Part shown: in pieces, positions 1 to 8,927 of the stretch
How the letters are laid out: the number at the start of each line of letters is the position of its first letter
How positions within the stretch are numbered: position 1 is the stretch's first letter
Virus record (IMG/VR): IMGVR_UViG_3300047476_001180
Coordinates: 2,603-66,602 of that record
From: a virus
Strand: one strand, 5' to 3'
Length of the DNA stretch: 64,000 bases
Notes under the pieces: model-generated
What the model was told of the DNA's origin: nothing
Database searches by the model: none
The model's input: only the letters and a program-made list of their open reading frames with translations
Position numbers and translations under genes: made by a program

Positions 1-2
1 TT

Positions 3-1391
3 GCTATTTTAGCAAATAAAGAAGAACAGGCAAAGGAAATTCTTGAACGTATTAAGTTGGGTTATGAAGAACTTCCTAATTGGCTTAAAGCATGTGTTCC
101 TACATTTACTAACGAAAATATTAAGTTTGACAACGGTTCCAAGATATTCATATCAACCACATCCGAATCTGGTATTCGTGGTAAATCCGTAAACCTTTTA
201 TTTGTGGACGAATTTGCCCACTTACAATCACAGATTATAGAGCCATTCGTAAAATCCATAATGCCTACAATCTCATCTTCAAAAAGTGCAAAAATTGTCT
301 TAGTTAGTACGCCCAAAGGCGCACAAGGAAAATTTTATGAATTCTGGGATGGTGCAGTAAAAGGTTCGAACGGTTGGTATCCTGTTAAAATTCATTATTC
401 AGATGTTCCTGGAAGAGATGCAGATTGGGTAAAGCGAACTCTCGCATCTATTAACTTTGATAAAGATACCTGGAATCAAGAGTTTGAAATTCAATTCTTA
501 GAAACTGGAACGGCTGCCATCAATCAACAGGTTATTGAAAAATTGAAGGGTATGTGCTGCCCTGCCGAATTTTCGTTTGATAATGGCGATTATTATATTT
601 GGCAAGAACCAAGACCCGGAAGAATATATACTATCGGTGTCGATATTGCAGAAGGTGTAGGACAAGACTTCACAGTTATGCATGTACTAGATATTACCGA
701 TCCCCTTGATATTCAACATTGTGCAACTTATGCATCCAATAAAATTGCACCGTGGGTTTTTGCAGAAAAATTGAATCAAATTGCTCGTTCTTGGGGAAGA
801 CCTTTCCTGTGTATTGAACGAAATAAAGAAGGTGCAACTGTAATTGATGCATTACTAAATGTTCATAATTATGATAATATCGTAAATTATACAATGCAAA
901 ATGATAAACGCGGTGTTTATCAAAATCCTGGTATTTTCTGCCACCAAAACTCTAAATATGCAGGTATTCAGAATCTCAAATATTATGTTGAGCATAAACA
1001 ATCGGTATCTATATATGATCTTCAATCTGTCACAGAATTCGAGTCATTTATTCGTAAAGAAAATAAGACTTGGGGTGCTAAAAAGGGATACCATGATGAC
1101 CGTGTTATGGCGATGGTATGGGCACTAGTTATCCTTAAAAAAGATATTGCAGAGCGTTATTTAGATATTGAAGAATATGACGATTCAGGCGCACCTATAA
1201 AAATAAGCGATCCTAATCAATATTTGGTCGATAATTATTTTAAAAACGGATTAGATCGATCCAAACCTATACGTGATATTGGAGGAGGAAGAATTTATAA
1301 TGCAGTATTCAATTTCGGAACAGAAACGCCTATTGATATCAGAGAAAAATATGCACAGAATGTCACAGGGGGCGGGTGGGATTTCTTATAA
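3..1391 (+). CDS. terL: Terminase large subunit (T4 gp17-like), 5'-partial
   Basis: Frame is open from base 3 (AILANKEEQAKEILERIKLGYEELPNWL). Walker B LLFVDEFAH, coupling motif VSTPKG, nuclease IGVDIAEGVGQDFT and HDDRVMA. Confidence 0.96.
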   Translation, partial: AILANKEEQAKEILERIKLGYEELPNWLKACVPTFTNENIKFDNGSKIFISTTSESGIRGKSVNLLFVDEFAHLQSQIIEPFVKSIMPTISSSKSAKIVLVSTPKGAQGKFYEFWDGAVKGSNGWYPVKIHYSDVPGRDADWVKRTLASINFDKDTWNQEFEIQFLETGTAAINQQVIEKLKGMCCPAEFSFDNGDYYIWQEPRPGRIYTIGVDIAEGVGQDFTVMHVLDITDPLDIQHCATYASNKIAPWVFAEKLNQIARSWGRPFLCIERNKEGATVIDALLNVHNYDNIVNYTMQNDKRGVYQNPGIFCHQNSKYAGIQNLKYYVEHKQSVSIYDLQSVTEFESFIRKENKTWGAKKGYHDDRVMAMVWALVILKKDIAERYLDIEEYDDSGAPIKISDPNQYLVDNYFKNGLDRSKPIRDIGGGRIYNAVFNFGTETPIDIREKYAQNVTGGGWDFL

Positions 1392-1400
1392 ATAATACAA

Positions 1401-2039
1401 ATGGCGAATAATACACCGACTCCTCCAGATATATCATGTCCTGTTCCTGCGATTATATCTACAGGCCACTACACAGATACCCAATCCACTACTAATGTAT
1501 CTAGGAAAGATAAATTTAGGCTCATCATGGATATACCAAATATCCTAAAACCTTTACTTCGAAAGGAATCCAGATTTTGTCATGGGGGAAATTTAGAAAG
1601 ATTGCAGCTTAATATATGGGGGTTTGTTGTTCCTGAATTACAGATAAATAAAATAGAAGTTCCTTATTCTGGACAGACTATGAAGTTTTCTGGTTTATCT
1701 AGACCGTCAGCACCACCATTAAATATAAATTTTACAGTAGATAATAGGTTCGATAACTATTATATTTTATATAAATGGTTGGATATTCAGAATGATGATG
1801 AGAATTCACAATTTGATTACAAACAACTAGGAAGAGATTCAACAGGACGATTAACAGAGTATTCATCGACGTTTACCGTTTTAGCATTAGACGAATATGA
1901 AAATGCAGTAGCGAAGTGGGATTATATAAATGCTTTTCCTACAGTACTAGGCGGTATAAATGCCAGTTATAGAGATAGTGCAGAGTTAGAATCTAATTTC
2001 ACATTTGAGTTTAACTATATAAAAATGTCCCTTCTATAA
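1401..2039 (+). CDS. Tail tube-fold protein (T4 gp3 tail terminator / gp19 family)
   Basis: LNINFTVDNRFDNYYILYKW and NAFPTVLGGINASY...FTFEFNY patterns of gp3/gp19 proteins; lies next to the sheath gene. Confidence 0.7.
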   Translation: MANNTPTPPDISCPVPAIISTGHYTDTQSTTNVSRKDKFRLIMDIPNILKPLLRKESRFCHGGNLERLQLNIWGFVVPELQINKIEVPYSGQTMKFSGLSRPSAPPLNINFTVDNRFDNYYILYKWLDIQNDDENSQFDYKQLGRDSTGRLTEYSSTFTVLALDEYENAVAKWDYINAFPTVLGGINASYRDSAELESNFTFEFNYIKMSLL

Positions 2040-2079
2040 TTAATTAAGTTTTCACTTGAAAATTATAAGTATTACCTAT

Positions 2080-5000
2080 ATGGCAAATACAAAACTTAAT
2101 TCTATTTTAGAATCGCCTGGAGTTTCGATCCAAGAAAGAGATATATCCCCAACAACTACAAATGCAGTTGGAACAAATATATTTATTGTAGGATTCACTT
2201 CCCAAGGACCAACGGACGAACCGATGAGATTCTCCACACTCAACGAATTCGAAGAGGTATGTGGTTTACCCTCCACACCAGCAGAAAAATATTCACATAA
2301 TGCGGTAAAACAGATATTGACTACCACCAATGCGAGTGTGACATTCACTAGAATGCCTTATGGTTCTGGTGGTGGACTTGGCTATTCGGATTTGGTTAAT
2401 ACCTTAGTATTCCCTGTTATTGGACTTAGTGCAGTAGAAAAGAATGTATGCGACTACTACAGAAGCGTTGATGAAGAAACCTGCCGAGTAAATTTCCCTT
2501 GGCTCTATACTGACCATTTCGTATCCAGTTCCATTTGCTATGGATCATCAAATATGGAATGTCCTTTAAATTCTTCCGATGAAGACCCTGGATACCTTTA
2601 TATTCATGATCACCCATTTGAGTATAATTCCATATTAACCGGATTTAAATTTGTTGTTGATGCGGATAGTACTCAAGAACAACTTCGAGTTTTCCAACTT
2701 CGTCCAACTGTTAGTGGAACCACAACCACATATAGCGTTGTAACTTCTTTAAATCTTTCCTCTATCTATGCAAGTGTTGACGAAGACTCAACAAATCTCT
2801 CAAATGATTCTAAACGTCTTATAGTTAATATTTCATCATCCCCATATGCTCAAGCATACTCTATAACCAGTGGACTATTATCAGGTAGCACTGTAAGTGG
2901 TATTCAAGTTTCTGCGGGAGATGTGTTTGGAACATATTCTATTGCAAGCAATCCAGTTCTTAAATATTTCAATGCAAGCACTGATGTTGCAGGAAGTTAT
3001 AAAACAAATCTTACCACATTGTCCACAATTAGTGCAGGCGCAACATTCGCAGTAACTACTACTGCTATTGATGCATCTACACAGGATTTCTTAATCGAAT
3101 TCTGCGGTGTTCCAGTAGAAGCAGGACTATCCTGTGCAACTATTACTGCATTAGGTCTCACTATTCCTGAGAAGGATCGTTACGATTTCTATCCTGTAAG
3201 TGGTGATGCACAACTAAATGATGCAAACTTCTATGTTCTCGGTGAACCTATCTCTAAAACACTTAATGCAAGTGAGTATCAACTTATTGAAAATGAACAG
3301 TTCAACTGGAAATGTGGAGCATATGCTAATGCAGAAGCTCATTTAGACGTTGTTAATAATGATATTCGGGCAGGTATTATAGTTGTCAATAAATTAAAAA
3401 CTGCTCAACTAGAAGACTTTACCGGATTTTATCTTGCACTTAATGATAACCTCAACGTAAATCCTGCAACTGATTTTGATGATCTAACAGGTGTTTCTGG
3501 ATATTATAACGAAGTATGTCCAGGTGTTTCTGGCGAATGGGTAACTGTGCCAGAAGATCGTTGGAATTTCAAAATTTCTGAAACATTCAATGGAACAGCG
3601 GGATCTATCACTGAAATTGTTCATCAAAATGCTGGTGTAGAATTTGGTAAATCTGAATATAACGATTCCCTTATCCTTTCCCTATTCAAACTTCGTCCTA
3701 CACGTCTTACAGAGACAATTAACAAACTTGATCAAATTCGTGTTGAACAGTTTGTAGGTTCTCTAAATAGTGATCGTAAAGAAAATGATAGTTTTGGTGG
3801 TCCTGCACGCTCTTATTTCCTAGAAAACACCGTCAACAATTCTAGTAATTATCTTAAAGTTATGGTTAACCCATATCTTTCTAAAAATAATTGCTGGACA
3901 GATAGCTCTGGTAAACCACAAAAAACTGTTCGTATGTTCCGTGAAAAGACTGGCAATGTATTTGATAACTTCGATGCAGAGGCAACTCTTCGTGCATATG
4001 GAGATAAACTATACGGTGCAGGAACTTATACAGGATATTGCCGTGATGCACTATATGATCTTTGCTACAAAAAGGATATAGGAAATCTTCCTGCTAAACT
4101 TGAAAGAGCACTCAGAAATGTCGAAAACCCAATTGAATTCCCTATTGATATAACTATTGATAATGGTCTATCTACTATATGGGCAACTCGTCAGGCTGTT
4201 ACTACCGATTCTTGTGTTACAAGTCCTACCATCTGTTACAACTTTGATGATACATATTATGTAAATACTGATTCTCTAAGTCCTTATGACGGAACAGTTA
4301 TGAATAGTTCTCTGCAAGATGCATGGGAAGTCATATACAACATCTTTGACAGCTTTGCGAGATATACTCGTAAATCCGCTGGTGGTGTGCCACATGTTCA
4401 TATCCAAGATCCTCTTCGTCAAATATTTGTAAACGGTAAGGATTATAAGATTGTTCAGCGTCAAAAAGGTTTAACACTTGACCCATCAACAGGTCAACCT
4501 ACTGAAAAGTATGCAACCTTTGGACGTAACATTTATTCATACCTTAGAAATCTATACCAGGGTATTAATTCTTCTTATAGCATCTCTTATGCAAACTGGA
4601 TTAAATCATATGATTCTAATACTGATAGTTTCAATTGGTTTGGACCTTCTGCATTCGCTGCGGCACTTTATGCAAGAAATGACCGTGACCAATATCCTTG
4701 GGCTTCCCCGCTCGGATTATCTAATGGTATATTCGCAAATGTGAATGATCTTGCAATCAATCCTAATCAGAGAGAACGTGATCTTCTTTCCCGTATCGGA
4801 ATTAATCCGATTGTGAGAGAACCTTCAGGAACTTTTGCATATAATTCCACAACTCTCATGAAAGAGAGTTCTGCATTGAAAGAAATTTCAATACGTCGTG
4901 GTGCATTATGGCTTGCAAAGAGTATCCAAGGAAATCTTTCACAGTTCATCGGTCTTCCTAATAATGTTGTGACTAGAACACGAATTGTTAATACACTTCG

Positions 5001-5202
5001 TCCTATCCTTCAATACATGAAAGATAATGGTGGATTATATGATTATATCCTAGTATGCGATGACAGAAATAACACCCTTGAATCTGTTGATCAAGGTGTA
5101 TTAAATGTTGCAGTATATATCAAGCCGACCCGTCCAGTCAAGTACATCTTGGTAGATTTGGTTATAACAGGAAGTTCTGTAGATTTCAACGAGCTTATCT
5201 AA
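2080..5202 (+). CDS. Tail sheath protein (gp18-like) with large Cys-rich insertions
   Basis: N-terminal ESPGVSIQERD, GFTSQGPTDEP; C-terminal PWASPLG, GINPI, IRR, VCDDRNNT...VAVYIKPTRPVKYI. Start set at ATG 2080, downstream of an ATAAGTA box. Confidence 0.95.
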   Translation: MANTKLNSILESPGVSIQERDISPTTTNAVGTNIFIVGFTSQGPTDEPMRFSTLNEFEEVCGLPSTPAEKYSHNAVKQILTTTNASVTFTRMPYGSGGGLGYSDLVNTLVFPVIGLSAVEKNVCDYYRSVDEETCRVNFPWLYTDHFVSSSICYGSSNMECPLNSSDEDPGYLYIHDHPFEYNSILTGFKFVVDADSTQEQLRVFQLRPTVSGTTTTYSVVTSLNLSSIYASVDEDSTNLSNDSKRLIVNISSSPYAQAYSITSGLLSGSTVSGIQVSAGDVFGTYSIASNPVLKYFNASTDVAGSYKTNLTTLSTISAGATFAVTTTAIDASTQDFLIEFCGVPVEAGLSCATITALGLTIPEKDRYDFYPVSGDAQLNDANFYVLGEPISKTLNASEYQLIENEQFNWKCGAYANAEAHLDVVNNDIRAGIIVVNKLKTAQLEDFTGFYLALNDNLNVNPATDFDDLTGVSGYYNEVCPGVSGEWVTVPEDRWNFKISETFNGTAGSITEIVHQNAGVEFGKSEYNDSLILSLFKLRPTRLTETINKLDQIRVEQFVGSLNSDRKENDSFGGPARSYFLENTVNNSSNYLKVMVNPYLSKNNCWTDSSGKPQKTVRMFREKTGNVFDNFDAEATLRAYGDKLYGAGTYTGYCRDALYDLCYKKDIGNLPAKLERALRNVENPIEFPIDITIDNGLSTIWATRQAVTTDSCVTSPTICYNFDDTYYVNTDSLSPYDGTVMNSSLQDAWEVIYNIFDSFARYTRKSAGGVPHVHIQDPLRQIFVNGKDYKIVQRQKGLTLDPSTGQPTEKYATFGRNIYSYLRNLYQGINSSYSISYANWIKSYDSNTDSFNWFGPSAFAAALYARNDRDQYPWASPLGLSNGIFANVNDLAINPNQRERDLLSRIGINPIVREPSGTFAYNSTTLMKESSALKEISIRRGALWLAKSIQGNLSQFIGLPNNVVTRTRIVNTLRPILQYMKDNGGLYDYILVCDDRNNTLESVDQGVLNVAVYIKPTRPVKYILVDLVITGSSVDFNELI

Positions 5203-5216
5203 TTAAAGTTCTAAAC

Positions 5217-5249
5217 AAAAAACCCGCTAATTTCTTAGCGGGTTTTTTT
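5217..5249. terminator. Intrinsic terminator (bidirectional type) after the sheath gene
   Basis: AAAAAACCCGCTAA-tttc-TTAGCGGGTTTTTTT perfect hairpin flanked by A and T tracts. Confidence 0.9.
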
Positions 5250-5274
5250 ATTGTCTACTTTTATAAGTATCTAT

Positions 5275-5991
5275 ATGAATTTCAAAGAATTGACCGAACA
5301 TATAGTAGTCAAAGAGGCTTTGTTAAAGCGACGAGACTCTTTACATGATTATACTGCGTACTTAAAAGAAAGTGGATGGGAGTATATCGGATCGGGAGCT
5401 TATGGAGTTGTGTTTAGTAAACCTAGTAAAAATTATGTATTAAAGGTGTATAGAGATAAAGGATATGATAGTTTTTTACAATTTCTTGAAAAGGAAGCGA
5501 ATAATCCCCATTTGGTTAAAATAAAAAGAAAAATAATATCATCTAATAGTGAAGATTTTCTCGGAGTCGTCGCCCTTGAGAAATTAAAACCCATCGAGGA
5601 GACTAAATATAGATGGATTTCGCGATTAACTGCGGAATTTGGGCAGACATTATCTACATCGTCTATACACACTTCGTTCGAAAACGCTTTACAATCTTTT
5701 AGGGATACATATATAAATGAAAATGAAATCGGACGACAGAATCTTAAAACGAGACTGAATTTGCATCCGCGACTTAATGAATATGCCAGAAAAGAATACG
5801 GTATAAAAAGAAGATCGTTAGACCGCCTCGACTTCTTTATTGAAAACTATTTACCTATCGCAAAAACGTTATATAATTTAATGTTATATGTTAGGCGAAA
5901 TAATCTTGGCATGTATTTTGATATACATTTAGGTAATTTCATGATCAGACCTTCTACAAATGAGATAGTTATAACCGATCCGTTGGTTTAA
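5275..5991 (+). CDS. Protein-kinase-like fold protein
   Basis: Gly loop IGSGAYGVV, VLK lysine, catalytic DIHLGNFM, ITDP. Start set at ATG 5275 after an ATAAGTA box. Confidence 0.8.
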   Translation: MNFKELTEHIVVKEALLKRRDSLHDYTAYLKESGWEYIGSGAYGVVFSKPSKNYVLKVYRDKGYDSFLQFLEKEANNPHLVKIKRKIISSNSEDFLGVVALEKLKPIEETKYRWISRLTAEFGQTLSTSSIHTSFENALQSFRDTYINENEIGRQNLKTRLNLHPRLNEYARKEYGIKRRSLDRLDFFIENYLPIAKTLYNLMLYVRRNNLGMYFDIHLGNFMIRPSTNEIVITDPLV

Positions 5992-6515
5992 ACATCTACA
6001 ACAACCCCTTCTTTTATACTCTTCTCTGCTAGTTGCATTTCTCTGACAAATTTTAATGCTTCTTCGCGGCTTGCACCCGGCATAATTATATTAGTCTGAT
6101 TAAGTGTTGCACCTGCTGGTAGTGCATTTTTCTTATTCTCTAAGTCGCCGATTTGATAATCTACGAGTTTCTCCTTAACTGCGATTTCTTTATATTTAGT
6201 TTCTCGGAAATCTTTATTCTTCTCCTTATCAGTCAAGAGCTTCATTTTCATTTTGATGGCTTCTGCCTGTGATTTACTGACAGATGCATATGTTTCTAAA
6301 TAATCCTTATCGCCTGTAGATTCTACCAAACGTCTATTTTCTTCCAATACTTCACTATTCGCAGCAATAAGTTCATCAACAGCTTCAAGAGTTTCTCGAA
6401 GAATATCCTCTTCTACATATTCTTTATCTTTTGAGGGAGTTTTAGGAGGTGTAGTAGGTATATTTGCAACAGATAGTGCATTTAATACATCATCTAAAGA
6501 TTGGTCTGAATTCAT
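5988..6515 (-). CDS. Probable terminase small subunit (gp16-like)
   Basis: Helical coiled-coil protein ending NQTNIIMPGASREEALKF, resembling the C-terminus of T4-like TerS proteins; late box ATAAGTA-5nt-ATG. Confidence 0.5.
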   Translation of the reverse strand: MNSDQSLDDVLNALSVANIPTTPPKTPSKDKEYVEEDILRETLEAVDELIAANSEVLEENRRLVESTGDKDYLETYASVSKSQAEAIKMKMKLLTDKEKNKDFRETKYKEIAVKEKLVDYQIGDLENKKNALPAGATLNQTNIIMPGASREEALKFVREMQLAEKSIKEGVVVDV

Positions 6516-6529
6516 ATAAATACTTATGT

Positions 6530-6766
6530 ATGTTAAAAAATCTTTCAATCTTAATGTGTATTACACTAATAGGGTGTTCTTCCCCTAAACCACCTATTAC
6601 AGATTTTCCGGCTAACCCGCAATTAAAGCAATATACTGTTCCACCAGTTGTAAGAAAAATTGGAAACAACTATGAAGTTACTGGTGAATTAATATTGAAT
6701 TCTACGTTATTAACAGATTATTACAAGCGTATAGAAACTTGGAAAGTAAATAAGAATATACGATAA
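6530..6766 (+). CDS. Small lipoprotein, possible o-spanin
   Basis: MLKNLSILMCITLIG-C lipobox followed by Pro-rich SSPKPP; 78 aa. Confidence 0.55.
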   Translation: MLKNLSILMCITLIGCSSPKPPITDFPANPQLKQYTVPPVVRKIGNNYEVTGELILNSTLLTDYYKRIETWKVNKNIR

Positions 6767-7047
6767 TGAAAGATCTTGAAGAACTTTATATAGAAAATTA
6801 CCTTGTTCCGGTTAAAGGTGTAAACAGATTTCCATCTGGAGGAATTAGCATAAAAGAAAGAATTGAAAAGATTCAAGGCTTATTCAGTTCTCTAAAATTG
6901 GGGCTACAACAACTCAAACATGATTTTGAGCAAAAAGAAAGAGCCGATAATGGTTTTTCTGAAACTATCGATACTATTGATGGTGCGATAGATACGCCTC
7001 ATGCAATATTCGACTCAACTTTTTTTAAGAGTCGAGAGAGGTTTTAA
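6766..7047 (+). CDS. Hypothetical protein with CTS-like N-terminus (MKDLEELYIE)
   Basis: ORF coupled to the upstream gene (TAATG); N-terminus similar to 12674..12910. Confidence 0.6.
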   Translation: MKDLEELYIENYLVPVKGVNRFPSGGISIKERIEKIQGLFSSLKLGLQQLKHDFEQKERADNGFSETIDTIDGAIDTPHAIFDSTFFKSRERF

Positions 7048-7324
7048 GAATTGGTAAAGATTCGGGAAATACTAAATATCTATCATTTATATTTTCTTTA
7101 ACATAGATATCCACCATAATTTTTGTAGGATCACGAACAGGAGGATTATTTCGTTCATCACATATTACCACGTAGTCATGCGATGTTATTTTTGATAGTG
7201 CCTCGCTCAACACATCCACAACCATTTTACGGGTATTTGAATTGTTCGGAAATTCTTTCTCCTCAAACAGTTTTAACGAATTTCTAATAGTAGAGGAGAT
7301 AGCTGCTTTCATATTTTCTAACAT
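7025..7324 (-). CDS. Stand-alone tail-sheath C-terminal-domain paralog
   Basis: FPNNSNTRKMVVDVL...DYVVICDERNNPP...IMVDIYVK aligns by eye to the sheath LPNNVVTRTRIVNTL...DYILVCDDRNNTL...LNVAVYIK. Confidence 0.75.
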   Translation of the reverse strand: MLENMKAAISSTIRNSLKLFEEKEFPNNSNTRKMVVDVLSEALSKITSHDYVVICDERNNPPVRDPTKIMVDIYVKENINDRYLVFPESLPILKTSLDS

Positions 7325-7346
7325 ATTAGTAATTTATTATAAGGAA

Positions 7347-8834
7347 TTAAGGAACGCAAGTCCATACGTAAACTTTATTTCCACAATCCCATATTCTATC
7401 ATAGTTTAGGGATTGCATAATACTCCATTCATCATTATTAACTATATCCACCTCTGGGTATAGTTTTTTAATTCTATCCTTGGTGAAATTGGAACGATGC
7501 AGGCGTTTCAGATAATTTTTACGATGCATATAATAATATCTAGGAGATGCATCATGAGTATGGACAAACCCTAAAACGTCATATAAATTACCATCACTTA
7601 TTCTTTTATCCGCATATGATATTATAGATTTTGGATTGTAATTTTTAATGAAGTGTTGAAACAGTTTAGATGCTGCACCAACAACACATGTATTTAATTT
7701 AGAACAGAAACGTATCAATTCCCATTCAACCTCTTTATTATATCTAGGTGCGCCAAAGGTCATAAGAGAAACAAATTCGTCATCATGGTACAATCCTAGC
7801 TTTATTTTAGAATGATCCTTACCTTGTATATGATTATTATTAAGGAATGTATTTTTATCTTCTATGGATACCTCTTTTATTACACATTTCCGTGCATATA
7901 ATCTACTAGCAAGTCCTAGTTTATTCCGTATAATAGACTTACATATATCCTCTTTGTAGAAAATCTCATCCCCGAAAAATTGAAGAAGCTGTATTCCTTT
8001 ACTAGATGCTCTGGACGTTTTATCTAGATGATATTGTTTATCATGGTTTGTAATTAAATCTGAATGCCAGTAATTACCATTTATCTCTATTCCTAATTTA
8101 TGTGAAGGAATTAATATATCTATTTCTTTCCCTTCTAAAACAGTCCTATCACTCCTAGTAATTACTAAGCCCAATTCTTCGATGAATTTACCTAATTGAA
8201 TCTCATCCTTAGAAACTTTACAAATAGGACAGCCGTTTCCGATATTAGAATGGGAATACATCAATTGTTCAAAATCTCCGCCGCATGTATTACATCTAAT
8301 AATAACTCTATCGTGACTATGTACATTTTCTGGTATTTTAGAATAATCATATTCTCCTTTACCGTGTTTATTTTCACATAACTCTATTGTTTTTTCTAAG
8401 GAATTTCTCTTTAATTTGGCATGTAATTCTCTAGAACATTTAGGACATCCTTCTTTAGTTTTCTTATGATTACATGGAGTTTGAGAAAACTCTAAATCAT
8501 GAATAGGACAATATATAATACCTGGGATTTTATCCGTGACATATACGAATTTATCGTAATTATACTTATTATCGTGTAAGATATTCGCTTGTTTGACGAA
8601 CTCTTCTTTATTGGAACGGAATCTATTACCTACTAATGTATTTCTACATTTTCTGCATCCCTGTTTATCTAAATGGGCATTTGCTCTCTGTGTAAAATCA
8701 CCATGCTCGGGACAGGTGATAATGATATAATCCCGGAGTGTTTTATATTCAGTCTTATCGTAATTATATTTATTATCATGAACCGTGTTTGCCTTATCTT
8801 TAAAGGATTCAAGGGACATCTTTTTATTTGCCAT
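7347..8834 (-). CDS. Free-standing homing endonuclease-like protein (Zn-ribbon repeats + PD-(D/E)xK + Hef-like C-terminal domain)
   Basis: Three HxxKY(N/D)YxK...CxxH/C...H...GCxxC repeats, EIDILIP...IEINGNYWH, then FLNNNHIQG...WELIRF...YADKR...IWDCG. Own upstream TTGAAA-17-TAAATT. Confidence 0.8.
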   Translation of the reverse strand: MANKKMSLESFKDKANTVHDNKYNYDKTEYKTLRDYIIITCPEHGDFTQRANAHLDKQGCRKCRNTLVGNRFRSNKEEFVKQANILHDNKYNYDKFVYVTDKIPGIIYCPIHDLEFSQTPCNHKKTKEGCPKCSRELHAKLKRNSLEKTIELCENKHGKGEYDYSKIPENVHSHDRVIIRCNTCGGDFEQLMYSHSNIGNGCPICKVSKDEIQLGKFIEELGLVITRSDRTVLEGKEIDILIPSHKLGIEINGNYWHSDLITNHDKQYHLDKTSRASSKGIQLLQFFGDEIFYKEDICKSIIRNKLGLASRLYARKCVIKEVSIEDKNTFLNNNHIQGKDHSKIKLGLYHDDEFVSLMTFGAPRYNKEVEWELIRFCSKLNTCVVGAASKLFQHFIKNYNPKSIISYADKRISDGNLYDVLGFVHTHDASPRYYYMHRKNYLKRLHRSNFTKDRIKKLYPEVDIVNNDEWSIMQSLNYDRIWDCGNKVYVWTCVP

Positions 8835-8881
8835 TACATAATTTACACCACATAAATGGTCATTTCAACCGTTCTGTAAAT

Positions 8882-8912
8882 AAAAAACCCGCTAGTTTCC
8901 TAGCGGGTTTTT
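8882..8912. terminator. Intrinsic terminator after the major capsid gene
   Basis: AAAAAACCCGCTAG-tttc-CTAGCGGGTTTTT; almost identical to the 5217 hairpin. Confidence 0.9.
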
Positions 8913-8927
8913 CTTCCTATCTAAGGA

